Source of the DNA: an uncultured Alphaproteobacteria bacterium
Lineage (GTDB): Bacteria; Pseudomonadota; Alphaproteobacteria; Rs-D84; CACZYB01
Reading direction: 5' to 3'
DNA length: 32,000 nt
NCBI GenBank assembly: GCA_934246625.1
Contig: CAKQHZ010000001.1
Location: 360,001 to 392,000 of the forward strand
The notes under the pieces are model-generated. The model was not told the origin of the DNA. It did not search any database and was given only the letters and a program-made list of their open reading frames with translations. A program made the translations under genes and the position numbers. This document shows positions 24,616 to 32,000 of this stretch, piece after piece. Each line of letters begins with the position of its first letter. Positions within the stretch are counted from its first letter, which is position 1.

Positions 24616-25411
24616 CAGAATTTAATTTTGCATCAACTTCAATAAATTCTTCCATTGGATTTTCAGAGGACTTTTTAACCTCTTCTTTTACAACTTCGAC
24701 CTTAGTTTTTACTGGCTCTGTTTCCTTAATAACTTCCTTTGCAACAGAAGGTTGCTTTGCATCTGTTTTTGAAGATGATGTCTTTGATGTTTTTGTTTTG
24801 CTTTTTAATTCGGCATCTTTTTTCTTTTCTTCCTCAATTAAAAATGATGCAAACTTTTCCATGGCAAATGCCCTATGGCTAATAGAATTTTTTTCATCTT
24901 CGCTTAATTCTGCAAATGTGCGACCCATACCATTTGGAACAAAAATTGGGTCATATCCAAAACCATCTTGACCTCGGGCTGGGAAATTTATAAAGCCATT
25001 ACATCTTCCTTCAAAAATTTCGGTTTTATTATCTGGACGTGCAAAAGCAATCACACAAATAAAGTAAGCATCTTTGTCCTTTGATTTTAATCGTTCTTCA
25101 AGTTTTGCAAATGCGTTTTCATAACCTCCTTCGGCTTTTGCATAACGAGCAGAAAATAATCCAGGTTCTCCGTTTAATGAGGTAATACATAAACCGCTGT
25201 CATCTGCAAATGTTGGGAGCTTTGTTTTATTTGCAATAGTTTCAGCCTTAAGTTTTGCATTTTCCACAAATGTTTTTCCTGTTTCCTCTATTTCAAAATC
25301 GTCCTTTAAAATATCCTTATATGAAACAACTTTGATATTAAATGGTGATAGCATTTTTTTAAATTCTGCTATTTTATGTTCATTTGAAGATGCAATTACA
25401 AACTTTTTCAT
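24602..25411 (-). CDS. rdgB: dITP/XTP pyrophosphatase RdgB with a ~77-aa low-complexity C-terminal tail
   Basis: HAM1 motifs ASSNEHKIAEF, ADDSGLCI..L.GEPG..SARY and GFGYDPIF...SHRA. Residues ~193-269 are K/E/T/S/V-rich and lie outside the canonical domain. Confidence 0.85.
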   Translation of the reverse strand: MKKFVIASSNEHKIAEFKKMLSPFNIKVVSYKDILKDDFEIEETGKTFVENAKLKAETIANKTKLPTFADDSGLCITSLNGEPGLFSARYAKAEGGYENAFAKLEERLKSKDKDAYFICVIAFARPDNKTEIFEGRCNGFINFPARGQDGFGYDPIFVPNGMGRTFAELSEDEKNSISHRAFAMEKFASFLIEEEKKKDAELKSKTKTSKTSSSKTDAKQPSVAKEVIKETEPVKTKVEVVKEEVKKSSENPMEEFIEVDAKLNSDENN

Positions 25412-25427
25412 ATTAAATTATACTCCC

Positions 25428-26900
25428 TTAATTATTTGGATTTGGGTTTGTCCCATCGTAAAAATTACCGAACTTAAAGTATTCACCAACAAAGGCAACA
25501 TCAACAGAACCTGTTGGTCCGTGTCTTTGCTTTGCAATAATAATTTCGGCCATATTTTTAATTCTTTCTAACTTTGCCTTCCATTTTAGGTATTCTTCGC
25601 TGTTTTCATTTTCTGGTTCTTGGCGTTCATAGTAATATGATTCACGATATACGAATAAAACGACATCGGCATCTTGTTCAATAGAACCAGATTCACGTAA
25701 ATCAGAAAGAAGTGGTTTCTTATCATCACGAGCTTCAACTGAACGAGAAAGCTGTGATAGTGCAATTACAGGGACATCAAGTTCCTTTGCAAGGATTTTT
25801 AAACCTCTGGTCATTTCAGAAATTTCCTGAACTCGGTTTTCTGATTTCTTTCCACCAGGTGAATTTAAAAGTTGTATATAGTCAATAACAATAAGTGAAA
25901 GTCCACCATGTTGACGTTTCAATCTTCGACAACGTGTTCTTATCGCAGATACAGTTAAATCAGGTGTATCGTCAATGAAAATTGGAACACTTGCTAATGC
26001 ACGCGAATGTTCAGCAATGCGGTTAAATTCTTCCTCTGTGATATTTCCTGTTCTCATTTTATGTGCAGATACTTCAGCAGAAAATGATAATATACGAGAT
26101 GCAAGTTGGTCAGCAGACATTTCAAGTGAAAAGAATGCAACAGGTCCCTGTAAATTTTCAGGTCCACGTTTATTTAAAACTTCGTTCGCTACATTAAATG
26201 CCAAATTCACAGCAAATGCAGTTTTACCCATACCTGGACGACCCGCAACAATCATCAAATCTGATGGATGAAGTCCACCAAGTTTTTTATCCAAATTATC
26301 TATACCTGTTGACATACCAGAAATGGAGCCATCGCTTTGATATGCCTTTTCAATTATATGCAAAGATGACCTTAAACTTTCCTCGAAATTTTGAAGTCCA
26401 CCTTCGGTATAACCTGAGGTTGCCAAATCGTAAAGTTTTTGTTCGGCCACTTGGATTTGGCTGTTGGCGGAGGTTTCTTCTTCGCTTTCACCACCAAATG
26501 CGGAATTAACAATATCTGTTCCAATGTTAATCAAATTACGTTTAATGGCACAATCGTATATCAATTTACCATAATCACCAGCATTTATAATTGAAACAGC
26601 ATTGTTTGCAAGACTTGTTAAATAATCAACACCACCTATGGCTTCAAGTTCACCACTTTGAGATAAATAATTTTTAAGAGTAATTATATCGGCAAGATGT
26701 CCCTTTTCAATCAACTTTACACAAGCGTCATAGATTATTTGGTGGGCCTTTTCAATAAAATGTTCCCTTCTTAAAAACTCGGAAACCTTTTCTAATGCCT
26801 TATTATTTGTGATAATAGCAGAAAGTAAAGCCTGCTCTGCTTCAACACTTGAAGGAGGACGTCTTAAGAAATCACCATTGATATTTTTTGTATTACTCAT
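25428..26900 (-). CDS. dnaB: Replicative DNA helicase DnaB
   Basis: N-terminal PPSSVEAEQALLSAII, Walker A GRPGMGKTAF, then SLEMS and IVIDYIQL motifs. 490 aa, with no intein-sized insertion. Confidence 0.95.
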   Translation of the reverse strand: MSNTKNINGDFLRRPPSSVEAEQALLSAIITNNKALEKVSEFLRREHFIEKAHQIIYDACVKLIEKGHLADIITLKNYLSQSGELEAIGGVDYLTSLANNAVSIINAGDYGKLIYDCAIKRNLINIGTDIVNSAFGGESEEETSANSQIQVAEQKLYDLATSGYTEGGLQNFEESLRSSLHIIEKAYQSDGSISGMSTGIDNLDKKLGGLHPSDLMIVAGRPGMGKTAFAVNLAFNVANEVLNKRGPENLQGPVAFFSLEMSADQLASRILSFSAEVSAHKMRTGNITEEEFNRIAEHSRALASVPIFIDDTPDLTVSAIRTRCRRLKRQHGGLSLIVIDYIQLLNSPGGKKSENRVQEISEMTRGLKILAKELDVPVIALSQLSRSVEARDDKKPLLSDLRESGSIEQDADVVLFVYRESYYYERQEPENENSEEYLKWKAKLERIKNMAEIIIAKQRHGPTGSVDVAFVGEYFKFGNFYDGTNPNPNN

Positions 26901-26981
26901 AAAAGAATCCTAAAATCTTACTTAATTGTTTTAAATATTATATAAATTTATATAAAGTTTCAAGTAATAAATCTTAGAAAT

Positions 26982-27012
26982 AAAAAAAATCCCCTTTGTG
27001 AAAAAAGAGGAC
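26982..27012 (-). terminator. Rho-independent terminator after the Yip1-like gene
   Basis: Read on the minus strand: TCCTCTTT, loop TTTCAC, AAAGGGGA (8 bp including one G-U that would be a C-A mismatch on the plus strand), followed by T8. Confidence 0.6.
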
Positions 27013-27033
27013 TTTTTTATAATTATTACAACA

Positions 27034-27831
27034 TTATTTCATATTTACAATAGGTGCAATTTCATTTGCAGTTTGTTTTTGTAATCTTACATAGTGATGC
27101 TTAAATGCAACTTGTGGATTTTTGCTTGAAATATAAAGTGTTCCTGTTGATGAAAAATGAATTACAACAATAAATGCAGCAAAAATTCCAAAAATTACTT
27201 TTGAAAGTGCAGGTTCACCCTTTAAGCAAGATGTTGTTGCAGTGTAAATTAAAAATACTATGTATAAATCCAATATCAATGAAAATATAAATAATATCCA
27301 ATAGCTAAATGCAAGATGATATGCAACAAATGATACTGGATACATAAAGATACATGATGCAACAGCCTTCATTGATGTTTCAAAATTCATTTCACCCTTT
27401 GCTAGGTAAGAGAAAAATAACATAACTCCAGCCAAACCAAATGTTATAAGCAATGCATATATTGGCATAAGTATAATTGCAGAAATCGCACCAATAAGTG
27501 TAATGCTTGCAATATTAAATACAATCTTGATACCAGCGGTTATAAGTCCATACATTAAAACCTTTACAATCGCATTTTCATAGTTGCCATCTGATTTTAT
27601 TGATGTGAAATATTTTACTGGATGTAAAAGCATATACAAAGCATCAGTTAAAAATTTTTCAATGTTGACTTTTTTAACTTTCTTTTCAGCTGTTTTAAAA
27701 TAACTTTTTGCAGTTTCAACTACTTCTGGTTTTATTATTGTTTTTTTTGAAGTAGCTGGTTTTACAGTTTTTGTTTTTTTAACTGTTGAAGTTGTTTTTG
27801 ATTTTGAAGCAGTTTTCTTTTTTGCAACCAT
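27034..27831 (-). CDS. Yip1-like multi-pass membrane protein with a K/T-rich N-terminal tail
   Basis: About 45 aa of a K/T/S-rich N-terminus, then LLHPVKYFTSIK followed by five hydrophobic helices, a layout typical of bacterial YIP1-family proteins. Family call made from memory. Confidence 0.5.
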   Translation of the reverse strand: MVAKKKTASKSKTTSTVKKTKTVKPATSKKTIIKPEVVETAKSYFKTAEKKVKKVNIEKFLTDALYMLLHPVKYFTSIKSDGNYENAIVKVLMYGLITAGIKIVFNIASITLIGAISAIILMPIYALLITFGLAGVMLFFSYLAKGEMNFETSMKAVASCIFMYPVSFVAYHLAFSYWILFIFSLILDLYIVFLIYTATTSCLKGEPALSKVIFGIFAAFIVVIHFSSTGTLYISSKNPQVAFKHHYVRLQKQTANEIAPIVNMK

Positions 27832-27976
27832 TTATACTCTCCTTATTTGTTTTTATTAAACTATTTAATTATATGTCAGTTCGTTTTGTAAATCTACAAA
27901 AATAATTTAGTAATTGTAATATTTTTCATTTTATAATATATTAGTTTTATAAAAAATTATAAGCAATGGGAATAAA

Positions 27977-29398
27977 ATGATAAAAGTTGCAATTATTGGT
28001 CGTCCAAATGTTGGTAAGTCAACTTTGTTTAATAAACTTGTTAAACGAAATGTGGCTATTGTTTACGATACTGCTGGAACAACTCGTGATGTAAAGGAAT
28101 ATGTCGTAAAGGGATATGATGATTTTGAATTTACCCTTCTTGATACTGCTGGACTTGAAAAGGCTGGCAAGAATACTATTGCAGATAGAATGACAAACAA
28201 AACTATCGATGCGATAAAAAGTGCCGATTTGATTTTGTTTATGATTGATGCAAAAACTTCTGTTTTACCAGAGGATATTTATTTTGCAAATATTGTAAAA
28301 AAACATAATAAGCCTGTTATTCTTATTGCAAATAAGGCTGAAAATTATAATAACTTTAAAAATAATCTTGGTGATTTTTATAAGTTGGGTTTTGGGGACC
28401 CTATGCCTCTTTCCGCTGAACATGGGCAAGGTATTATCTCCCTAATCGATACACTGAAAAAGGAAATTAAAAAAATCGAAGCAACAAAAATTCCCGAATC
28501 AAAGATTGAAGATTTAGATGATGATGAACTTAAGGATATAATCGAAATTGTTGAAAATAGTCAAGATGAAGCTCCTATTGATTTAAGTGTAAGAATATCT
28601 CTTATTGGTCGTCCAAATGTTGGTAAGTCAACTTTGGTTAATACCTTGCTTGGTGAAGAAAGAATGCTTGTCGGAAACGAAGCTGGTATTACCCGCGATG
28701 CTATTGATACCGATTTTGTATATAAGGGTCGCGATGTAAAACTTATTGATACTGCAGGTTTAAGAAAACGTTCAAAAGTTTATGAAGAACTTGAAAGACT
28801 TTCAACTGCTCGTTCTATTGAAGCAATTAAAAATTCTGATATTTGTATTATTGTAATTGATGCTTCTGTGGGATTAGATAAACAAGATTTAGTTATTGCA
28901 AATGTCGCAATTAACGAAGGTAAAGGTCTTTTGTTCGTCCTTAATAAATGGGATTTGATAAAGGAAAAGAAGTATGTCCTTTCACAAATCAAAGATAAAT
29001 TGGAAGAATCATTTGCTCAGGTGAAAAATATTCCTCTTGTTTGCATTTCTGCACTTAAGGCAAAGGGTGTTGGTGAAATGATGCGTGAGGCATTTGAACT
29101 TTATGATTTACGAAACCTTCGAATCTCTACTGGAAAACTTAATAAATGGCTTGAAAAAGTGGTTATTAAAAATCCACCTCCTCTTTCAAGACTTAAACGT
29201 CCTATGAGTATTAAATATATTACTCAAAGTGCAATTAAACCCCCTACATTTACTTTGTTTGTTGGTGGGGCTTCTGTGCTTCCTGATAACTATAAACGTT
29301 ATCTTATAAATTCTTTGGGTGAAGAATTTGGCTTTGATAAAATTATTATAAGACTTAAAACAAGAACAAGCAAAAATCCATACAAGGATAAACAATAA
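27977..29398 (+). CDS. der: Ribosome-biogenesis GTPase Der (EngA)
   Basis: Two tandem GTPase domains, each with GRPNVGKST, DTAG and NK.D/NKWD motifs, plus a KH-like C-terminus. 473 aa. Confidence 0.95.
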   Translation: MIKVAIIGRPNVGKSTLFNKLVKRNVAIVYDTAGTTRDVKEYVVKGYDDFEFTLLDTAGLEKAGKNTIADRMTNKTIDAIKSADLILFMIDAKTSVLPEDIYFANIVKKHNKPVILIANKAENYNNFKNNLGDFYKLGFGDPMPLSAEHGQGIISLIDTLKKEIKKIEATKIPESKIEDLDDDELKDIIEIVENSQDEAPIDLSVRISLIGRPNVGKSTLVNTLLGEERMLVGNEAGITRDAIDTDFVYKGRDVKLIDTAGLRKRSKVYEELERLSTARSIEAIKNSDICIIVIDASVGLDKQDLVIANVAINEGKGLLFVLNKWDLIKEKKYVLSQIKDKLEESFAQVKNIPLVCISALKAKGVGEMMREAFELYDLRNLRISTGKLNKWLEKVVIKNPPPLSRLKRPMSIKYITQSAIKPPTFTLFVGGASVLPDNYKRYLINSLGEEFGFDKIIIRLKTRTSKNPYKDKQ

Positions 29399-29408
29399 AG
29401 GTATAATT

Positions 29409-29921
29409 ATGAAAAAAATTTTTAATTCAAGTTTGTTATTGATACTTTTTTTTATTGGTATTGATTTTATTACAAAATGTTTGATTTTAAATGCAACTGG
29501 TTTTTCATTGGAATATTATGGCCCTTATGAATATCTTTACCCCAATTATTATGGAATTAAAATAGTTAACAAATTTTTCAACCTTATTTTGGTTTGGAAT
29601 AATGGAATAAGTTTTTCTATGTTAGCGTCCCATTCGCAACTTGTAAGATGGGGACTTGTCGTATTTAGTTCTTTGATAGTTTGCTATATTATACATCTTT
29701 TGCAAAAGGAAAAAAATACAACAAATAAGTTCTCATTTATCCTTATTATCGCAGGAGCATTGGGAAATATTTTTGACCGTATCAGATATGGTGCAGTAAT
29801 TGACTTTTTGGATTTTCATATAAAAGGATACCATTGGCCTGCTTTTAATATGGCTGATGTGTTTATCTGTATTGGTGTATTCTTGCTTATTGTCCACGGA
29901 ATATTTTTTCATAAAAAATAG
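29409..29921 (+). CDS. lspA: Lipoprotein signal peptidase (signal peptidase II)
   Basis: Four TM helices. WNNGISFSML corresponds to the N.G.AF motif, and GNIFDRIRYGAVIDFLDF plus FNMADVFI contain the catalytic Asp regions. Confidence 0.85.
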   Translation: MKKIFNSSLLLILFFIGIDFITKCLILNATGFSLEYYGPYEYLYPNYYGIKIVNKFFNLILVWNNGISFSMLASHSQLVRWGLVVFSSLIVCYIIHLLQKEKNTTNKFSFILIIAGALGNIFDRIRYGAVIDFLDFHIKGYHWPAFNMADVFICIGVFLLIVHGIFFHKK

Positions 29922-29985
29922 TGTGATTTTATACTTATAGAATATTTTGTTTTTTCTTTTTACTATTGTTGTAAGGAGAAAAATT

Positions 29986-30813
29986 ATGCAACGACTTTTT
30001 TTAAAAATACTTCCATACATTATATGTATTTTGACTGGAATAATTGTATTTTTATTTGAAAAATTCACTATTGACCCAGATATAAAAAATATGGTCATTA
30101 ATATATCATCTGGTTTGATAAGTGTGCCATTTGTTTTTATATCCTATGAACTTGTAAAAAATATTACTGAACAAAAAATTCGTGCTCGTATCACAGGATA
30201 TATAAAATTCCATGTTGAAAAGTCTTTGTTTGGAATGTTGAAATACTTTTATACTTGGTTTTTCCCAACGGAAAAAATGGCTATAATTTTAACTGATGCA
30301 AAGTTAAATTTTCTTTTTGATATGGAAACATTGAAAATTGAACGCTTTTTTATGGAAAGAAAAATGCTTGGCTTTTTTGTATATAAGGATATTTCTTCGT
30401 TTATAGAAGAACTTAGTTCTATTATAAAAAACCCTAATATAAATTCTTATATATCTACTGACGAAATGGTTCGTTTTATGGATATTTTGCGAAATATTAC
30501 CTTGATAAAAAAAGAAACTTTGGATTTCATAAACGAAGATAAAGATACAAGATTTACAATAAAAACTGACCCTAATCCAAATAATTCAAAATTGACACTG
30601 ACAAATGGGAATATTCAAATTGATAGTGGCGAATTTGGTAATTTGGATAAGGAAAAATTAACAGAATATTTTCGTGTGCCAACCGAAGATATAGAATTGG
30701 TGGCAAAGCAAATTCATGAACTTCTTTTTAATATAGAAGAAATTTTGGAAATAATGAATATTGATTTTTGGAACGAAAATTATCCGTATGATATAAAAAA
30801 TCCAAACTCTTAA
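29986..30813 (+). CDS. Membrane-anchored hypothetical protein (275 aa from the ATG at 29986)
   Basis: AAGGAG at 29973-29978 favours the ATG at 29986 over the ORF-track start at 29947. Two N-terminal hydrophobic helices precede a ~200-aa soluble region with no motif I recognise. Confidence 0.55.
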   Translation: MQRLFLKILPYIICILTGIIVFLFEKFTIDPDIKNMVINISSGLISVPFVFISYELVKNITEQKIRARITGYIKFHVEKSLFGMLKYFYTWFFPTEKMAIILTDAKLNFLFDMETLKIERFFMERKMLGFFVYKDISSFIEELSSIIKNPNINSYISTDEMVRFMDILRNITLIKKETLDFINEDKDTRFTIKTDPNPNNSKLTLTNGNIQIDSGEFGNLDKEKLTEYFRVPTEDIELVAKQIHELLFNIEEILEIMNIDFWNENYPYDIKNPNS

Positions 30814-30821
30814 AAATATGC

Positions 30822-30849
30822 TTGCATATTTCTATTTTTTTTGTATCCT
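30822..30849 (+). promoter_or_regulatory. Possible promoter for tRNA-Glu
   Basis: TTGCAT at 30822-27, a 16-nt spacer, then TATCCT at 30844-49. The tRNA 5' end lies 13 nt downstream. Confidence 0.35.
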
Positions 30850-30861
30850 TTGCTAATAGAT

Positions 30862-30937
30862 GTTCCCATCGTCTAGTGGTCTAGGACTCAAGATTCTCAT
30901 TCTTGCAACACGGGTTCGAATCCCGTTGGGAATGCCA
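30862..30937 (+). tRNA. tRNA-Glu (anticodon CTC), CCA encoded
   Basis: Hand-folded cloverleaf that parallels E. coli tRNA-Glu arm for arm: GTTCCCA TC GTCT AGTGGTCTA GGAC T CAAGA TTCTCAT TCTTG CAAC ACGGG TTCGAAT CCCGT TGGGAAT G CCA. Confidence 0.9.
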
Positions 30938-31038
30938 AGTCTTTACACCGATTACCAGTATTCGGAAATAACCTTGTTCTCTTCTATGCTCCACACTAAC
31001 ACCGTGTGTCGCTAAGGTTTCACAATTATAAAGATATT

Positions 31039-31063
31039 AAAAAAATCCCCTTTTCAGGGGATT
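31039..31063 (-). terminator. Rho-independent terminator after rlpA
   Basis: Perfect 8-bp stem AATCCCCT/AGGGGATT (31044-51/31056-63) with a 4-nt loop. On the minus strand it is followed by T7 (31039-31045). It starts 9 nt after the rlpA stop. Confidence 0.7.
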
Positions 31064-31072
31064 AGTTAAGAT

Positions 31073-32000
31073 TTACATTTTCCATTTGAAACTGCCATCT
31101 GATTTTATTATGACACGTGAACCAGGAATTCCAGCTTCGGAAACTGCACGTTGTGCTTTCTCTGCTTCTTCTGGAGTCATAAATTCACCAAGACGAACTT
31201 TGTAAAGTGTATTGCCATTTGCTACGGCTTTGAAAATCTTTACTGTTCCAAGAGATGAAAGTTTGTTTTTCATTATTTCTGCCTTATCATAAGTTGAGTA
31301 TGCACCAACTTGAACGAAATAATCACCAACACCCTCTGTCTTTGTTGTATCAGAAACACTTTCTGGTTGAACAGGTGCAGGTGCTTCTTGCACAGGAGCA
31401 ACTACAACAGGTTCTGCTGGCTTTTCAACAGGATTTTGTTGAATATCAGGAGCATAAATGTCAGTGTTTTGTGAGGCAATAGCTAATTCCTTAAGATTAC
31501 GGCTTTCTTCTGGTAAAATTTCAACTTTTACACGTGCTGTGCCCTTTTCTTTAATACCAAGAACATCAGCAGCGGCAGAAGATAAATCCAAAATTCTGTC
31601 TCTTGCATAAGGACCTCTGTCATTTACCTTTATATTTGCAGAAATTCCATTTTCAAGGTTTGTTACACGAACAAGTGATGGCATAGGTAATGTTCTGTGT
31701 GCAGCAGTAAGTTTTGTTTCATCAAAAACTTCGCCATTTGCTGTTTTTCCACCATGGAAATCTGGACCATACCATGATGCAATACCTATTTCACTGTATG
31801 TATAATCTTCGTGTGGATAATATGAAACACCATCAATTAAATATGGGTTTCCGATTTTATAATTTCCCATTGCACCAAATGCAGTTTTTGAAACATCTAT
31901 ATCAGCAGGATTTTCAGCTGGCTTTGTTGCTTCTACTGGGGCAGATGCTTCTTGCACAGGAGCAGGAGCCTCTACAGGTTGATTTTGTTGTTGTGCTTGA
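31073..32000 (-). CDS. rlpA: Septal-ring lytic transglycosylase RlpA (DPBB domain plus C-terminal SPOR domain), 5' end outside the window
   Basis: DPBB signature ASWYGPDFHGGKTANGEVFD...VRVTNLENG..VKVNDRGP and SPOR domain YFVQVGAYSTYDKAE...YKVRLGEF. The frame stays open from 31957 to the window edge (..QAQQQNQPVEAPAPV..), and the listed start is only an internal GTG, so the gene is partial here. Confidence 0.85.
   Translation of the reverse strand, partial: QAQQQNQPVEAPAPVQEASAPVEATKPAENPADIDVSKTAFGAMGNYKIGNPYLIDGVSYYPHEDYTYSEIGIASWYGPDFHGGKTANGEVFDETKLTAAHRTLPMPSLVRVTNLENGISANIKVNDRGPYARDRILDLSSAAADVLGIKEKGTARVKVEILPEESRNLKELAIASQNTDIYAPDIQQNPVEKPAEPVVVAPVQEAPAPVQPESVSDTTKTEGVGDYFVQVGAYSTYDKAEIMKNKLSSLGTVKIFKAVANGNTLYKVRLGEFMTPEEAEKAQRAVSEAGIPGSRVIIKSDGSFKWKM

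Noticed and set aside
1-32000. CRISPR arrays, IS elements or transposases, restriction-modification, toxin-antitoxin pairs, or other defence or secondary-metabolite clusters
   Set aside because: I scanned the intergenic regions and all ORF translations. I found no regularly spaced repeats, no DDE, HUH or recombinase motifs, and no paired small ORFs typical of TA modules. Apart from the two tRNA-proximal tracts reported as findings, every gap longer than 100 nt is accounted for by promoters or terminators.

Overview
This window looks like an AT-rich, gene-dense core chromosome segment of a Gram-negative bacterium. It carries LPS genes (lpxB, lptD, an lptF/G-type permease) and GatA/GatB. The DnaB N-terminus and the rdgB-hemW and rsmI/lpoA-like synteny suggest an alphaproteobacterium-like lineage, but that is inference and was not searched. 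I call 27 protein-coding genes, almost all housekeeping: miaB, gatB, gatA, secD, glgB, rsmI, smpB, lpxB, surA-like, lptD, comF, metG, hemW, rdgB, dnaB, der, lspA and rlpA. I also call two tRNA genes, an initiator tRNA-fMet and a tRNA-Glu with a CUC anticodon, plus several hairpin/T-run terminators. I see no CRISPR array, transposase, integrase, phage module or recognisable defence or toxin system. The best candidate for something undescribed is an orphan, GC-enriched, helix-dense tract of about 200 nt (13829..14033) between tRNA-fMet and the lpt/surA operon. It has its own promoter-like signal and a T-run, contains no ORF of 60 aa or more, and matches no RNA family I can recognise by eye. A second, shorter structured tract follows tRNA-Glu and shares one hairpin motif with it. 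The other findings are minor: uncharacterised small or secreted proteins, a low-complexity tail on RdgB, and unusual gene neighbourhoods. All product calls rest on motifs read from the supplied translations and on known synteny. No database search or folding computation was possible.
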